From the NCBI GenBank assembly GCA_910577355.1, contig CAJTMY010000005.1, positions 25,095 to 89,094 on the forward strand: 64,000 bases of DNA, given 5' to 3'. This document shows positions 39,255 through 49,411 of this stretch, one piece after another (the first letter of the stretch is position 1; each line of letters opens with the position of its first letter). Origin of the DNA: an uncultured Muribaculaceae bacterium (GTDB lineage: Bacteria > Bacteroidota > Bacteroidia > Bacteroidales > Muribaculaceae). The notes below the pieces were generated by a model. That model saw nothing but the letters and a program-made list of their open reading frames with translations. It did not search any database and was not told the origin of the DNA. The translations under genes and the position numbers were made by a program.

Positions 39255-39662
39255 TTATCGGTAAAGGATTGTTCGTCCTACCGAGATATTTGTCGAATTC
39301 GAGTCTTTGCCGCTGACTCCGTTCACGAAGATGTAATCGTTGATGTCGGCTTCCTTTATTGGGTTGAATTTCACTTTCAATGTGTTGTCGTCGACCTGTG
39401 CGACGGTGAAGCCGGCGCCGCTGTTTCCGATCGTGTATGCTGCGATACAATAATTTGTGCATTTGAGAGTGATTTCGCCGGTGTAATCAGGTCTGGCGGC
39501 GATTGATACCTGATTTACATAATCGGGAGTATAGACAGCCGATACAGAGGCTTTGTCGTAGTCGGAAAACTCCCATATCATCGGGGCGGGGTCGTCTTCC
39601 TTGCATGAGTGGAAAGACAGTGTCGCAATCAGTACGGTTGCGATTAAAATTAGCTTGTTCAT
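39255..39662 (-). CDS. Lipoprotein, unknown function
   Basis: Signal peptide plus lipobox LSFHSC followed by KEDD (surface-export-signal-like). Last gene of the operon, 1 nt after the DUF4249 gene. Confidence 0.6.
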   Translation of the reverse strand: MNKLILIATVLIATLSFHSCKEDDPAPMIWEFSDYDKASVSAVYTPDYVNQVSIAARPDYTGEITLKCTNYCIAAYTIGNSGAGFTVAQVDDNTLKVKFNPIKEADINDYIFVNGVSGKDSNSTNISVGRTILYR

Positions 39663-39663
39663 T

Positions 39664-40677
39664 TTATTGTTTGTTTAAAGTTGATTTTAGAAAATCCTTC
39701 AGGTCGATGGTGTATTTGGCGGTCGACTGTGCCGCAATTACTCCGGCACCTGTCGAGACATTGCTGTATCCCCATTTGGATTCCGCAAGTCCGATGTCCG
39801 ACAGGTCGCCGATTATGCCTTCGTCGACATTCCATTTATAAACAGCCCAATTATAATAGCTTTGAGAAACTGTTGTAAGGTAGAGATTTATACCACATTC
39901 GAGGCGTGATTCATCGTATGTCTCCTCTTTGATGTTGAATGTATTGCCGGTGAAGTTGAGATGAAGCGTATATGTCTTGCCTTTGAACTGTCGGTCGGTA
40001 AAAAATACAAAACCCGAACCTTCGTCGTTGCCCATCACAGTCTCGAATACACCCACATGCTCCTTGAATATCGGCTCGGCGTCATATTCAAATGTGCCGA
40101 TATAGAATGAATCGGGGCGAGGGGCGACAAGTTCATCGCCCCAATCATCACTCCATGACGGATTGAACCAGTTGTATCCGAAATGATAATAATTGTCTGT
40201 CCCCCCAGGGTCGTTGACTTCCATCTCGATATTGAGATTGAATGTAATGTCGGCAAGCATCTGATAACGGTAGAAATCTTTGTCGCCCTTCCATATACTT
40301 GTTACGGCCGGCGTGACTTTCACCCTACCTATCGGAGTGGCGTATGGCACATTCACCTCAGCCATCGCACTGCCGTAGGTAGGGCTCTCCGCGATGATAC
40401 GGATTTTATCTCCTTCTTTTGGAAGATAATCCTTGCCAACAATTCTCTCGTTGGCGAGTATGGTGACCTTGGCATCGGTCACATCATGATTGTTTTTGCC
40501 TTTCTCATCATTGAATATCCATGTATGCGATACCTTGACCTCAATCGGTTCGCCGGCTGTTATAAGCGAGTTGAGGCATAATACGGGTTTGGTATCTATA
40601 TTCGGATTGAAATCCTCATAGCACCCGGTAATAAGGACTGCCGTCAATATCGGGAGTATGTATTTTAGAATTGCCAT
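39664..40677 (-). CDS. DUF4249-family lipoprotein (usual partner of non-SusC TonB-dependent receptors in Bacteroidota)
   Basis: Lipobox LITGC followed by YEDFNP, then VLCLNSLITAGEPIEVKVSHTW and KVTILANE, a DUF4249-like N-terminal pattern. Overlaps the receptor gene end by 13 nt. Confidence 0.65.
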   Translation of the reverse strand: MAILKYILPILTAVLITGCYEDFNPNIDTKPVLCLNSLITAGEPIEVKVSHTWIFNDEKGKNNHDVTDAKVTILANERIVGKDYLPKEGDKIRIIAESPTYGSAMAEVNVPYATPIGRVKVTPAVTSIWKGDKDFYRYQMLADITFNLNIEMEVNDPGGTDNYYHFGYNWFNPSWSDDWGDELVAPRPDSFYIGTFEYDAEPIFKEHVGVFETVMGNDEGSGFVFFTDRQFKGKTYTLHLNFTGNTFNIKEETYDESRLECGINLYLTTVSQSYYNWAVYKWNVDEGIIGDLSDIGLAESKWGYSNVSTGAGVIAAQSTAKYTIDLKDFLKSTLNKQ

Positions 40678-43079
40678 GTGTATGAAATTGAGGGGATTAT
40701 CGGTAATAGTTTCACTTTCTGGAATACCGGGCGATTGGAGGTGTTGTTGTATGTGCGTCTTATCGCCACGGTGTTCATGTGGCAGTATGCGTTGAACAGG
40801 CTGAATGTCCAGTAGCCCCGCTTGTTACGCACCGTGCAGGAAAGGTCAAGACGATGATAGAACGGAAGCTGATAGTTGTTGATCCGTGTCTTCAACGGAG
40901 TTTCATCATCGGTATAGCTGCTGCCGAAATCGGGCGACTCCCACACCTGCGGCAGAAGCGTGAAACGGTTGCCCGAATGCCCTGTCCATGCGGCATTGAG
41001 GCTTACTCCCTTGCTTATATTCCAGTTAAGAAGGATGTTGATGGAATGGCGGTTGTCGAACCGCGCCGGAAATGTAAGCCCGTTGTTTTTGTCGGGGAAA
41101 GTGCGGTCAGACCAAGCGAGCGAATAGGCAATATGCCCTGAGAGTTTGCCGTACAGTTTCTCGATCTTCAGGTCAACACCTTTGGCTGTCCCTTTGCCTG
41201 AGCAGAGCTGTGCGTTCCACATCTCGGTAGGCGGTTGCAGATAATATTCGTCGCGGTAATCCACCAGATTGCGCATTATCTTGTAATAGCCTTCGGCAGA
41301 CGCCGCAAAGATTCTGTTATCGGACTGCCAATACACGCCGAGTGAAACCTTGTCGGCATTCTGCGGCTTGAAATTTCCGGTTATTGGAACCCATTGGTCG
41401 GTCGGCAACGACAGATAGGTTTGCGATAGCTGATGCACGTACTGGTTTGTGCGTGCGTATGCGGCCTTGATAGCCCACCGCTCGTTTGGCCGGTAACTGA
41501 GCGACATACGAGGCGCGAGGCCGTAGTTCGTTTTGCCGGCGATATTGAACAGCGACAGGTGCAGCCCGGCATTGGCGCGGAAGCGATCGCTTATCTTCCA
41601 ATCGTCTTCGATATAGGTGTTGGCCTCGTTTGCGGTATAAGCCCATGTAGAATCACGGGTGAATACCTGCGTCGTGCCTATCATATAGTTGCGGTCGGTT
41701 CTTGCAGGAAGGAAAGAATGCAGCGTGTAGCCTCCGCCGAAGCGCACATGGTTGGCATCGCCGGCTCGCCGGTCGAAATCGGCGCGGAATATCAGGTCGT
41801 TGATATTGTTTTTTGTTTTGGTAACGGATCTCGACTCTATGGTACTCTCTGCGGATATCTCTTTTGACAGCCAGTCATGCGTCATATCTGAAAAATATCG
41901 GGTATATGCGGCGGTAAACTCGGCAGTCATCTCCGGTTTGATCTTATAATTCAATCCGGCCTGCGCCACAAGGTTGCCCCAATGGAAATCGGCCTTATCG
42001 TCATCATACCAGCCGCTTTGAGGCTCCTGCTTGTCCGATGACCCGGTCTTGAGAACATCGTTGCCGAAATATACCGATGCGAAGGCCGTGGCTTTGTTGG
42101 AAAATCGGTGTGATACTTTTGCATTGAGATCCATGAATGCATATCGGAATCTTATCTTCTCATCGTCGCTTGAAGAATTGACCAAAGCAAGCATAGGTAT
42201 CGACAGCACATCGAACCATGAACGGCGCAGCGCTACGGAGTAGGTGGTCCGGTACCCGATCGGGCCGTCGATGTTGAAAGAGCCGGATGTGAGTCCGAGT
42301 TTCGCCGAGCCGTGATACCCGTCGGTTGTCCCGTTTTTGGTGCGCACATCAAGGTATGAGGACAACCGCCCGTCGTATTTGGCCGGTATTGAGGACTTGA
42401 AGAAGTCGATATATCGTATGGTCTCGGCATTGAACGCAGAGAACAGTCCGGCGAAATGGTTGACCTGATAGAGGGGCACATTGTCGAGCATATAGAGGTT
42501 CTCGTCGGCGTTACCACCGTGAACGTTCATGCCGGCCATGCCTTCCTGTCCCTCCGATATGCCAGGCTGCATATGCAAAGCTTTTATCACATCGCTCTCG
42601 CCGAACATCACCGGAGTGTTGATTATCTCCTTTGCTGTGAGTTTCTTCGCGCCGATTTCGGCAGTCTCTACCGCCGGGGCTTCGAGGCGCGAGACGGCTA
42701 TGACCTCCTCAAGCATAAGCGGAGTCTCGTTTGTTTTGGCCGGCAAAGCAATGTTATGCCGGGATGATAGTTTTTCCGGTTTCTTCTTTGCGTGACGTTT
42801 TTTTGTAAGTATTATGTTCTTTCCTTTTATTTTGTATGCGATGTCCGTATCTTTGAACATATCCGAAAGGACGTGCTTCAGGGGCTTGTCTTTCGCATTT
42901 ACCGACACTGTGATATCTTTAAGCAGCTCCGATGAATATACGAAGTTCATACCCGTCTGTTCCACAATGTCGCGGAATACCGATGCGGCCGGTTGGTCAA
43001 CCGCCCTGATTGTGACATTCTGTGCCCGGAGAATTGCGGGCATAAGAAGAATGATTATGAATGGAATAAACTTTTTCAT
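40665..43079 (-). CDS. TonB-dependent outer-membrane receptor with an N-terminal STN signalling domain (FecA-type transducer)
   Basis: The STN-like segment AASVFRDIVEQTGMNFVYSSELL...KGKNIILTKK precedes the plug (DVIKALHMQPGISEGQEGMAGMNVHGG..ENLYMLDNVPLYQVNH) and a beta-barrel ending in ...SISYTWQF. Confidence 0.85.
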   Translation of the reverse strand: MKKFIPFIIILLMPAILRAQNVTIRAVDQPAASVFRDIVEQTGMNFVYSSELLKDITVSVNAKDKPLKHVLSDMFKDTDIAYKIKGKNIILTKKRHAKKKPEKLSSRHNIALPAKTNETPLMLEEVIAVSRLEAPAVETAEIGAKKLTAKEIINTPVMFGESDVIKALHMQPGISEGQEGMAGMNVHGGNADENLYMLDNVPLYQVNHFAGLFSAFNAETIRYIDFFKSSIPAKYDGRLSSYLDVRTKNGTTDGYHGSAKLGLTSGSFNIDGPIGYRTTYSVALRRSWFDVLSIPMLALVNSSSDDEKIRFRYAFMDLNAKVSHRFSNKATAFASVYFGNDVLKTGSSDKQEPQSGWYDDDKADFHWGNLVAQAGLNYKIKPEMTAEFTAAYTRYFSDMTHDWLSKEISAESTIESRSVTKTKNNINDLIFRADFDRRAGDANHVRFGGGYTLHSFLPARTDRNYMIGTTQVFTRDSTWAYTANEANTYIEDDWKISDRFRANAGLHLSLFNIAGKTNYGLAPRMSLSYRPNERWAIKAAYARTNQYVHQLSQTYLSLPTDQWVPITGNFKPQNADKVSLGVYWQSDNRIFAASAEGYYKIMRNLVDYRDEYYLQPPTEMWNAQLCSGKGTAKGVDLKIEKLYGKLSGHIAYSLAWSDRTFPDKNNGLTFPARFDNRHSINILLNWNISKGVSLNAAWTGHSGNRFTLLPQVWESPDFGSSYTDDETPLKTRINNYQLPFYHRLDLSCTVRNKRGYWTFSLFNAYCHMNTVAIRRTYNNTSNRPVFQKVKLLPIIPSISYTWQF

Positions 43080-43519
43080 TGCTCCGCGACTGTCAGTTCT
43101 GTGCCAAGTATCTCGTTGATTGTCTCCACGAGGTCGGTTGCCGTACCTTCATAGTGTAGGGAGAGCCTGTATTCGGCAGGCGATTCGGGCAATCCCGTCA
43201 CTTTCACACCGTAGGTATCGTCGATTTTATCCACAACCACATCAAGCGGTGTGTTTTCAAAGTCTATGACCTTTACCATATTCCTGTCGGCAGCAGGTAT
43301 TGATATCTCGGTCTGAGGGGATATCGATGTGGCTGTGTTTACCTTGTATATGATAACAGCCGAGGCGGTAAGGACAACCATCGCGGCAACAGCCGCCGCC
43401 ACGCGATACCGTCGCCACAGCGATATCGGCAGTATTCCGAGGCGCTTCCATCCGTTGTCGACCGAGAACCGACCTCTGTGGTATCTCGTTGCGATGAATT
43501 CAATATCTTTTTCGTTCAT
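43076..43519 (-). CDS. Short anti-sigma factor (cytoplasmic N-terminus, one TM helix, DUF4974-like periplasmic domain; lacks the central FecR domain)
   Basis: 147 aa. TM helix VAAAVAAMVVLTASAVIIY. The C-terminal segment VIDFENTPLDVVVDKIDDTYGVKVTG...RLSLHYEGTATDLVETINEILG resembles the receptor-contacting DUF4974 module. Its stop overlaps the receptor start (43076-43079). Confidence 0.65.
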   Translation of the reverse strand: MNEKDIEFIATRYHRGRFSVDNGWKRLGILPISLWRRYRVAAAVAAMVVLTASAVIIYKVNTATSISPQTEISIPAADRNMVKVIDFENTPLDVVVDKIDDTYGVKVTGLPESPAEYRLSLHYEGTATDLVETINEILGTELTVAEQ

Positions 43520-43523
43520 GTTA

Positions 43524-44105
43524 TCAGAAATCTATGCCGAGCCGGAATGTGAAATAGACACGAGTGTGATGCTCCTTACCTACATACTGTATTTCGTAAG
43601 AGTCGGGGCCTGTCATTGAGCCTTCGTAATGTTCGGCGGTATATCCGGCTACACTCATACCCACACCGAGATTCACGCCCGTCTTGCGACCCCAGTTGAA
43701 CCGGTAGCCGACCGTAGGAGAGATATATAAGCCACCGCCCTCGGCGATATTGTATCCTAATCGCAGATCTCCAAATGGGGTGAATCTGCCGAAAAGGAAA
43801 TCGGCGCGCCCTTGTACGAATACGGGTGCGATCCAGTTGTCGAGTTTGCCGCATCGCTCCATGCCAAGACCCATACCGACAAAGAACATAGGATTGATCT
43901 GATAGCCATGTGATGTCGAGATACCTGTATAAAAAGTATTTTCGCGATAGGAGGCAAGAGTATTGTCCAAAGTCCAATAACCGAAGTTTTCTGAGCGCAG
44001 GCTGCTGCTCCATTCAACGAAGCCGCGATAGCCGCGCTGTGGTTGTCGCGCCGCCATTGAGGCCGCCGACAGTAAAAGTGCCGCAATAAGAAATAATTTT
44101 TTCAT
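43524..44105 (-). CDS. Small outer-membrane beta-barrel protein
   Basis: Signal peptide, alternating aromatic/glycine beta-strand pattern and a C-terminal aromatic residue (...FRLGIDF). Confidence 0.7.
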   Translation of the reverse strand: MKKLFLIAALLLSAASMAARQPQRGYRGFVEWSSSLRSENFGYWTLDNTLASYRENTFYTGISTSHGYQINPMFFVGMGLGMERCGKLDNWIAPVFVQGRADFLFGRFTPFGDLRLGYNIAEGGGLYISPTVGYRFNWGRKTGVNLGVGMSVAGYTAEHYEGSMTGPDSYEIQYVGKEHHTRVYFTFRLGIDF

Positions 44106-44187
44106 GATGTGAATAACGATTGTTCACACCCATGACTGTCGCTTTGCGGAAAGGTCCTATCCGAAAAAGAAAATTTTTCTAATAATT

Positions 44188-44688
44188 TTACAGGAACGGC
44201 AGGAAGAACGGTTTGTGGCCGTCGCGCAGTGCCTCGTGCAGGCGGCTGAAGGCCTTGGTCATCTGATTCTTTACGGTCTTGACTGATATGCCGAGTTCGT
44301 CGGCTATCTCCTCGTTGGAATATCCGTCGCGTTTGCTCATCAGAAATATCTCCCGACATTTCTCCGGTAATTCATCTATCGCTTTCCAGATTCTCGCGTC
44401 GCGCATCGAGGTGTCAATCACATCTTCGCCCACTTCCGGGATGAATTCCTCGCCTACTTTGTTTTTTCGGTTAGACAGGTAGCTCAGGCATTCGTTGCGT
44501 ACACATCTATATATGAATGCCTTGAAATTGGATATGTCTGTCCCCGCTTCCAGATGACTCCATGTTTTGACAAACGCTTCCTGCACCATATCCTCGGCGA
44601 CATCGGCATCATCGACAATACGGAGGGCGTACATGCCGAGCGGCAGGTACAACGCCCGAAACCATTTTTCAAATTCTGGGACTGTCAT
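44188..44688 (-). CDS. ECF-type RNA polymerase sigma-70 factor
   Basis: Region 2 is ALRIVDDADVAEDMVQEAFVKTW and region 4 is LPEKCREIFLMSKRDGYSNEEIADELGISVKTVKNQM. The start is set at MTVPEF (44688) because the 44715 start lies inside the upstream terminator hairpin. Confidence 0.88.
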   Translation of the reverse strand: MTVPEFEKWFRALYLPLGMYALRIVDDADVAEDMVQEAFVKTWSHLEAGTDISNFKAFIYRCVRNECLSYLSNRKNKVGEEFIPEVGEDVIDTSMRDARIWKAIDELPEKCREIFLMSKRDGYSNEEIADELGISVKTVKNQMTKAFSRLHEALRDGHKPFFLPFL

Positions 44689-44699
44689 TGGGATATAAA

Positions 44700-44731
44700 G
44701 ACATGCGGCAGCCACTGTGCCGCCGCATGTC
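44700..44731 (-). terminator. Intrinsic terminator after the tricorn-type protease gene
   Basis: Perfect 10-bp GC-rich stem gacatgcggc / gccgcatgtc with a 12-nt loop. On the minus strand it is followed by TTTATAT. Confidence 0.6.
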
Positions 44732-44745
44732 TCTGTCTGTCATGT

Positions 44746-47700
44746 TTATTTCTTTTTGGCGTCGATTTCCTTGAGCAGCTCCTTCACGGCGGTCTCAAGC
44801 TGGGCGTCGCGGCCTTTGACAATTTCGGCGGGATCGTTGGCTACCTTGATATCGGGTTCGAGCTGGCTGTTCTCGAGGAACGATCCGTCGGGCAGTCGAT
44901 AGCCTATCACGGGTATGCCGAATATCATGGAGGGGTCGACCATGCGCACCCAGTTTACCGAGGTCATAGTGCCGGGCACAGGCATGCCGACAAGCTTGCC
45001 GAGACCCCGGTGGCTGTATACCCATGGTGTGCCGTGGGCGTTGGAGTAGCAGGGCTCGGCCATCACCATTATGGAGGGCTTGTTCCATCGGCGCGAAGGC
45101 ATGTCGCAGGTTTCCACGCCGCGTATCTCCTGTGTGAAATACTTCTCGCCCGAGAAGAGCACTTCGATATCCTCGTGCAGGCGGCCGCCGCCGTTCCAGC
45201 GTATGTCTATCACCACGCCCTCGCGGTCGTTGTACTTGCCGAGCAGGTCGGAATATACGCGGCGGAACGATTCGTCGTCCATCGACTCGATGTGCACGTA
45301 TCCGAGACGTCCGCCCGACAGGCTGTCGACCTGTGCGGCGCGGTTCTTCACCCAACGGTCGTAGAGAAGGCCGCTCATGCGTCCGCTCGATATGGGCTTG
45401 ATTGTCTCGTCCCAACGCTCGCCGGTGGCGGGGTCGCGCATCGATACCAATGTGTGCTTGCCGGCCATGTCGGTGAGCAGCGCAGCCATGTCGGAGGCGG
45501 GGGTGACCGCAGTGCCGTTGATGCTCTCCACGATCACACCCGGACGTGCCTTTGACTTGGCGGTGGCAAACGGCCCCTTGGCCACTACCTCGCTTATTAC
45601 GAGTCCGTCGCCCTTGTGCGACATATCGTAGAGCAGGCCGAGCGATGCGGTACGGTCGTCCTGCGACGAGGCACGGCCCGAGTAGCGGCCGCCGGTGTGG
45701 CTCACGTTGAGCTCGCCGAGTATCTCGCTGAGCAGTTCGGCAAAGTCGTAGTTGTTGTTGATATGCGGCAGGAAGCGGCGGTATGCGGCTGTCATTGCCG
45801 GCCAGTCGACGCCGTGCATGTCCTCCACATAGAAGCGGGCGGCTTCCTCGCGGGTCATGAAGTCGAACATATATGCCCGCTCGGCATCATGGTCGAGCAG
45901 CATCGTGGCCGAGTATGTTATGGGCTTGGTCTTGTCGGTCTTTGGATCGAGCTTTTTCATCGACGATGAGCCGAGCAGGAAGAACATTTTGTCGTCTTTC
46001 GACGAGTCGAAGCGCGGCGATCCGTCAAGGCTGCTAAGCAGCATGTGCTCGTCCTCGCGCGGCTCGTATTTCCACAACTGTTGGCCGCCTGTGGGGCTGT
46101 CCGACAGGTAGTAGAGTGTCTCGCCGTCGGCGGTGAGCACGGCGTCGGTAAGGTAAGTCGACTGCGGTGTGATGCGCACTATGCGGTCGGTGATGCCGTC
46201 GAGTTCCACATTTATGTCTTTCGAGGTATCGGAGTCTTTCTTTTCGTCTTTTTCCTTGTCTTCGTCATCGGCGAGGGCGAGATCTTCCTTGCTAAGATTC
46301 CAACGGTCGTAGGCCTCCTGATTCATGAAGCACAGCATCACGTCCATCTGCGAGCCCCACGAGGCATGGTTGCGCATGCCGTAGCGCTCCGAGGCAAAGA
46401 GCAACGCGTCGCCTCCCATCACCCAGCGCGGCTCGGCGTCGAAGTAGCCGGAGTTGGTGAGGTTGACCATCTTGCCGTTTGTGGGGTTGATGATGGCGAT
46501 GTCGCTGTACGGATCGTGCTTGCGGTCGATGATCTCGAGCGCTATCCAGTGCGAGTCGGGGCTCCATGTATAGTTGAATGCTCCGTCGCGGTGACGGTAT
46601 GTCGAGCCGTCGGTGAGCTGTTTTACCGCCCCTGTATTCAGATTCATTACAGCAAGTATATTGCGGTCGAGGATAAACGCCAGATTCTCTCCGTCGGGGC
46701 TCGGCTTGGCCACGGTGCGTTCGTGGCCGTCGTTGTCGAATACTGCTTCTTCCTTTATAAGAGTGGCATGTGCGAAATCGGGCTCGCCCTCCTTGGCCAT
46801 AGTGGCCTTGTAGATGTTGTAGCGGCCGTCGCGCTCGGAAGTGTAATAAAGAGCCTTGGAATCGGGCGCCCACGATACATGCTTTTCGGCCTCGGGAGTG
46901 GAGGTTATCTGCCTGCTTGTGGGGTATTCCACCGATGTCACGAACACGTTGCCGCGGTATACGAAGGCGATGCTCTTGCCGTCGGGGCTCGCCACGGCTT
47001 CCGACGCGCCTGAGCGCACAGCCATTTTCTCTACATCGGGTGTAGTGTCCTCCACCACGTCGATTACGAGCTTTGCAGGTGCAGCGCCGGGTGTTAGCGT
47101 GTATATCTCGCCGTCGTATGTGAATGCGAGCTTGCCCGAATTGGCGCGCGATAGAAAGCGCACGGGGTGTGTCGCGAAGTCGGTCACGGCCACGGCGTGC
47201 TTCGGGTCGCCGAAGGTTGCTTCAAATACGTTCACTGTCTTGCCGTCGCGCTCGCTCAGGAAATAGAAGCGGTCATCGCCGGCTGCTACCGGATTGGTAT
47301 CCTCGCCTCCGCGGGCTGTAAGGTTGGTGTGGCGGCCGTCGGCCGTATACAGCCATATGTCGCGGGTCACCGACGATGTATGGTGCTTGCGCCATTCGTC
47401 CTCAAAACCCTTCACATCCTGATAAAGGAACGACTTGCCGTCGGGCAGCCACGACACAAAGCGTGCCGGAGTGCCGAGCACCTGCGTCGATGCGCCGCCG
47501 CTCACGGGCACACTGTATAGCTGTGTCATGCGGCCCGAAGGGAAAACAGCGCTCTCCACAGGCGCTTGTATCGCTGCCGAGAACAGTACGGCCGAGCCGT
47601 CGGTGGTGAATGCCTCGGGTGTCTCGTTGGCCGAGTTGTATGTGAGACGTGTGGGTGTGCCGCCGGCGGCGTCGATCACATATACGTCGAAGTTGCCGTT

Positions 47701-47946
47701 GCGGTCGCTCGCATATGCGATTTTTGAGCCGTCAGGACTCCATACGGGCACAGATTCATAGTCGTCGGTAGCTGTGAGGCGGATGGCTTTGCCGCCCGTG
47801 GACGGAACGGTGAATATGTCGCCACGGTAGCAGAAGGCGATTTTCGAGCCGTCGGGCGATATCTTTACGTCGCGCATCCACAGCGGTGTGGCTGCCGATG
47901 CCATGGCCGGCATAGCCATAAGGGCGATTAGTGCGATTGGTTTCAT
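44746..47946 (-). CDS. Tricorn-protease-like S41 peptidase (beta-propellers, PDZ domain and S41 domain)
   Basis: 1066 aa. Has a signal peptide and TolB-like repeats (SPDGSKIAF..., WSPDGSKIAYASDRNGNFDVY). The C-terminal S41 motif is GVVIDIRWNGGGRLHE. Confidence 0.85.
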   Translation of the reverse strand: MKPIALIALMAMPAMASAATPLWMRDVKISPDGSKIAFCYRGDIFTVPSTGGKAIRLTATDDYESVPVWSPDGSKIAYASDRNGNFDVYVIDAAGGTPTRLTYNSANETPEAFTTDGSAVLFSAAIQAPVESAVFPSGRMTQLYSVPVSGGASTQVLGTPARFVSWLPDGKSFLYQDVKGFEDEWRKHHTSSVTRDIWLYTADGRHTNLTARGGEDTNPVAAGDDRFYFLSERDGKTVNVFEATFGDPKHAVAVTDFATHPVRFLSRANSGKLAFTYDGEIYTLTPGAAPAKLVIDVVEDTTPDVEKMAVRSGASEAVASPDGKSIAFVYRGNVFVTSVEYPTSRQITSTPEAEKHVSWAPDSKALYYTSERDGRYNIYKATMAKEGEPDFAHATLIKEEAVFDNDGHERTVAKPSPDGENLAFILDRNILAVMNLNTGAVKQLTDGSTYRHRDGAFNYTWSPDSHWIALEIIDRKHDPYSDIAIINPTNGKMVNLTNSGYFDAEPRWVMGGDALLFASERYGMRNHASWGSQMDVMLCFMNQEAYDRWNLSKEDLALADDEDKEKDEKKDSDTSKDINVELDGITDRIVRITPQSTYLTDAVLTADGETLYYLSDSPTGGQQLWKYEPREDEHMLLSSLDGSPRFDSSKDDKMFFLLGSSSMKKLDPKTDKTKPITYSATMLLDHDAERAYMFDFMTREEAARFYVEDMHGVDWPAMTAAYRRFLPHINNNYDFAELLSEILGELNVSHTGGRYSGRASSQDDRTASLGLLYDMSHKGDGLVISEVVAKGPFATAKSKARPGVIVESINGTAVTPASDMAALLTDMAGKHTLVSMRDPATGERWDETIKPISSGRMSGLLYDRWVKNRAAQVDSLSGGRLGYVHIESMDDESFRRVYSDLLGKYNDREGVVIDIRWNGGGRLHEDIEVLFSGEKYFTQEIRGVETCDMPSRRWNKPSIMVMAEPCYSNAHGTPWVYSHRGLGKLVGMPVPGTMTSVNWVRMVDPSMIFGIPVIGYRLPDGSFLENSQLEPDIKVANDPAEIVKGRDAQLETAVKELLKEIDAKKK

Positions 47947-47955
47947 GATATCAGG

Positions 47956-49404
47956 TTATTTGGAAGATAAATATTTGTCCATTTCGGCTGCGGCGTGTCG
48001 GCCATCGCCCATGGCGAGGATCACTGTGGCGCCGCCGCGCACTATGTCGCCGCCGGCAAAGATGAGAGGTATAGACGACTGCAAGGATTCGTTCACAGCG
48101 ATAGTGCCGCGTTTTGTCACGTCAAGGCCGTCTATCGAGTCGGGTATGAGCGGATTTGGCGACACGCCCACGCTCACTATCACCACATCGACGGGTATCT
48201 CGTCGATGGCGCCTTCGATGGGTACCGGACTGCGGCGTCCGCTTGCGTCGGGCTCGCCGAGCTGCATGCGCTGCACGCGCATGGCGCGCACCCTGCCGCG
48301 TTCGTCGGCAAGATATTCTACAGGGTTGGAGAGGGTCATGAATTCGACGCCCTCCTCTTTGGCGTGCTCGACTTCCTCGCGGCGTGCCGGCATCTCGTCC
48401 TCGCTGCGGCGATATACCAAAAAGGCTTTTTCGGCGCCCATTCGCAGAGCGGTGCGCACCGAGTCCATGGCGGTGTTTCCGCCGCCTATCACTGCCACGC
48501 GGGCGCCGCGCGGCACAGGAGTGGCATAGCCTTCGGTGCCGGCGTGCATGAGGTTGATACGAGTTAGATATTCATTGGACGACAGTATGTTTATGTAATT
48601 CTCGCCGGGTATGCCCATGAAACGAGGCAGACCGGCCCCAGAGGCCACGAACAGAGCTTCGTAGCCGCGTTCGAGCAGTTCGTCATATCCGAGCGTCTTG
48701 CCCACGATGGTATCGGTCTCAAATTTCACACCCAGTGCGCGCAGCGAGTCAAGCTCGGCATCGACCACGGCGTTGGGCAGGCGGAACTCGGGAATGCCGT
48801 ATTTGAGCACACCGCCTATCTCGTGCAAAGCCTCGAATACCGTCACATCGTAGCCGCGCTTGGCCATATCGCCTGCAAACGATAGGGCGCATGGTCCCGA
48901 TCCGGCCACTGCCACTTTCCTGCCGTTTGGGACGGTAAGCTCTACGGCGGGTTTCTCGGCCATGTCGCGCTCGGCATCTGCCGCAAAACGTTCGAGCCAT
49001 CCGATAGCCACGGGCGGCTTTTTCATCTTGTTATATATGCATTTCGATTCGCATTGGCGTTCCTGAGGACATACGCGGCCGCATACCGCCGGCAACGCGC
49101 TTGTGGTGCGAAGCACGGCGGCGGCTTCGCCGGGGCACCCGCGCTGTATGTTCTTGATAAATCCCGGTATGTCTATACCCACCGGGCAGCCTGTGACGCA
49201 TTGCGGGTCGGGGCAGTCGAGGCAGCGCGTGGCTTCCTCGCGGGCTTGTGAGGTCGAGAGACCGAGATTTACTTCCTCGTTGGTATGTATGCGGTAGTCG
49301 GGTGCCAGCATCGGCATCTTGGCGCGTGGAATCGATGTGCGTTCCTTGGCTGTGAGGGCGTCGCGCAGCTCGCGGCGCCATTCTGTATCGCGATTGGTTG
49401 CCAT
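47956..49404 (-). CDS. NADPH-dependent glutamate-synthase small-subunit-like Fe-S flavoprotein (NfnB-like)
   Basis: Two 4Fe-4S Cys clusters (CLDCPDPQCVTGCP, CPQERQCESKC), then the Rossmann motifs VAVAGSGPCALSFA and VIGGGNTAMD. The start is set at MATNRDTEW (49404) to avoid overlap with the upstream gene. Confidence 0.85.
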   Translation of the reverse strand: MATNRDTEWRRELRDALTAKERTSIPRAKMPMLAPDYRIHTNEEVNLGLSTSQAREEATRCLDCPDPQCVTGCPVGIDIPGFIKNIQRGCPGEAAAVLRTTSALPAVCGRVCPQERQCESKCIYNKMKKPPVAIGWLERFAADAERDMAEKPAVELTVPNGRKVAVAGSGPCALSFAGDMAKRGYDVTVFEALHEIGGVLKYGIPEFRLPNAVVDAELDSLRALGVKFETDTIVGKTLGYDELLERGYEALFVASGAGLPRFMGIPGENYINILSSNEYLTRINLMHAGTEGYATPVPRGARVAVIGGGNTAMDSVRTALRMGAEKAFLVYRRSEDEMPARREEVEHAKEEGVEFMTLSNPVEYLADERGRVRAMRVQRMQLGEPDASGRRSPVPIEGAIDEIPVDVVIVSVGVSPNPLIPDSIDGLDVTKRGTIAVNESLQSSIPLIFAGGDIVRGGATVILAMGDGRHAAAEMDKYLSSK

Positions 49405-49411
49405 ATTGTTA

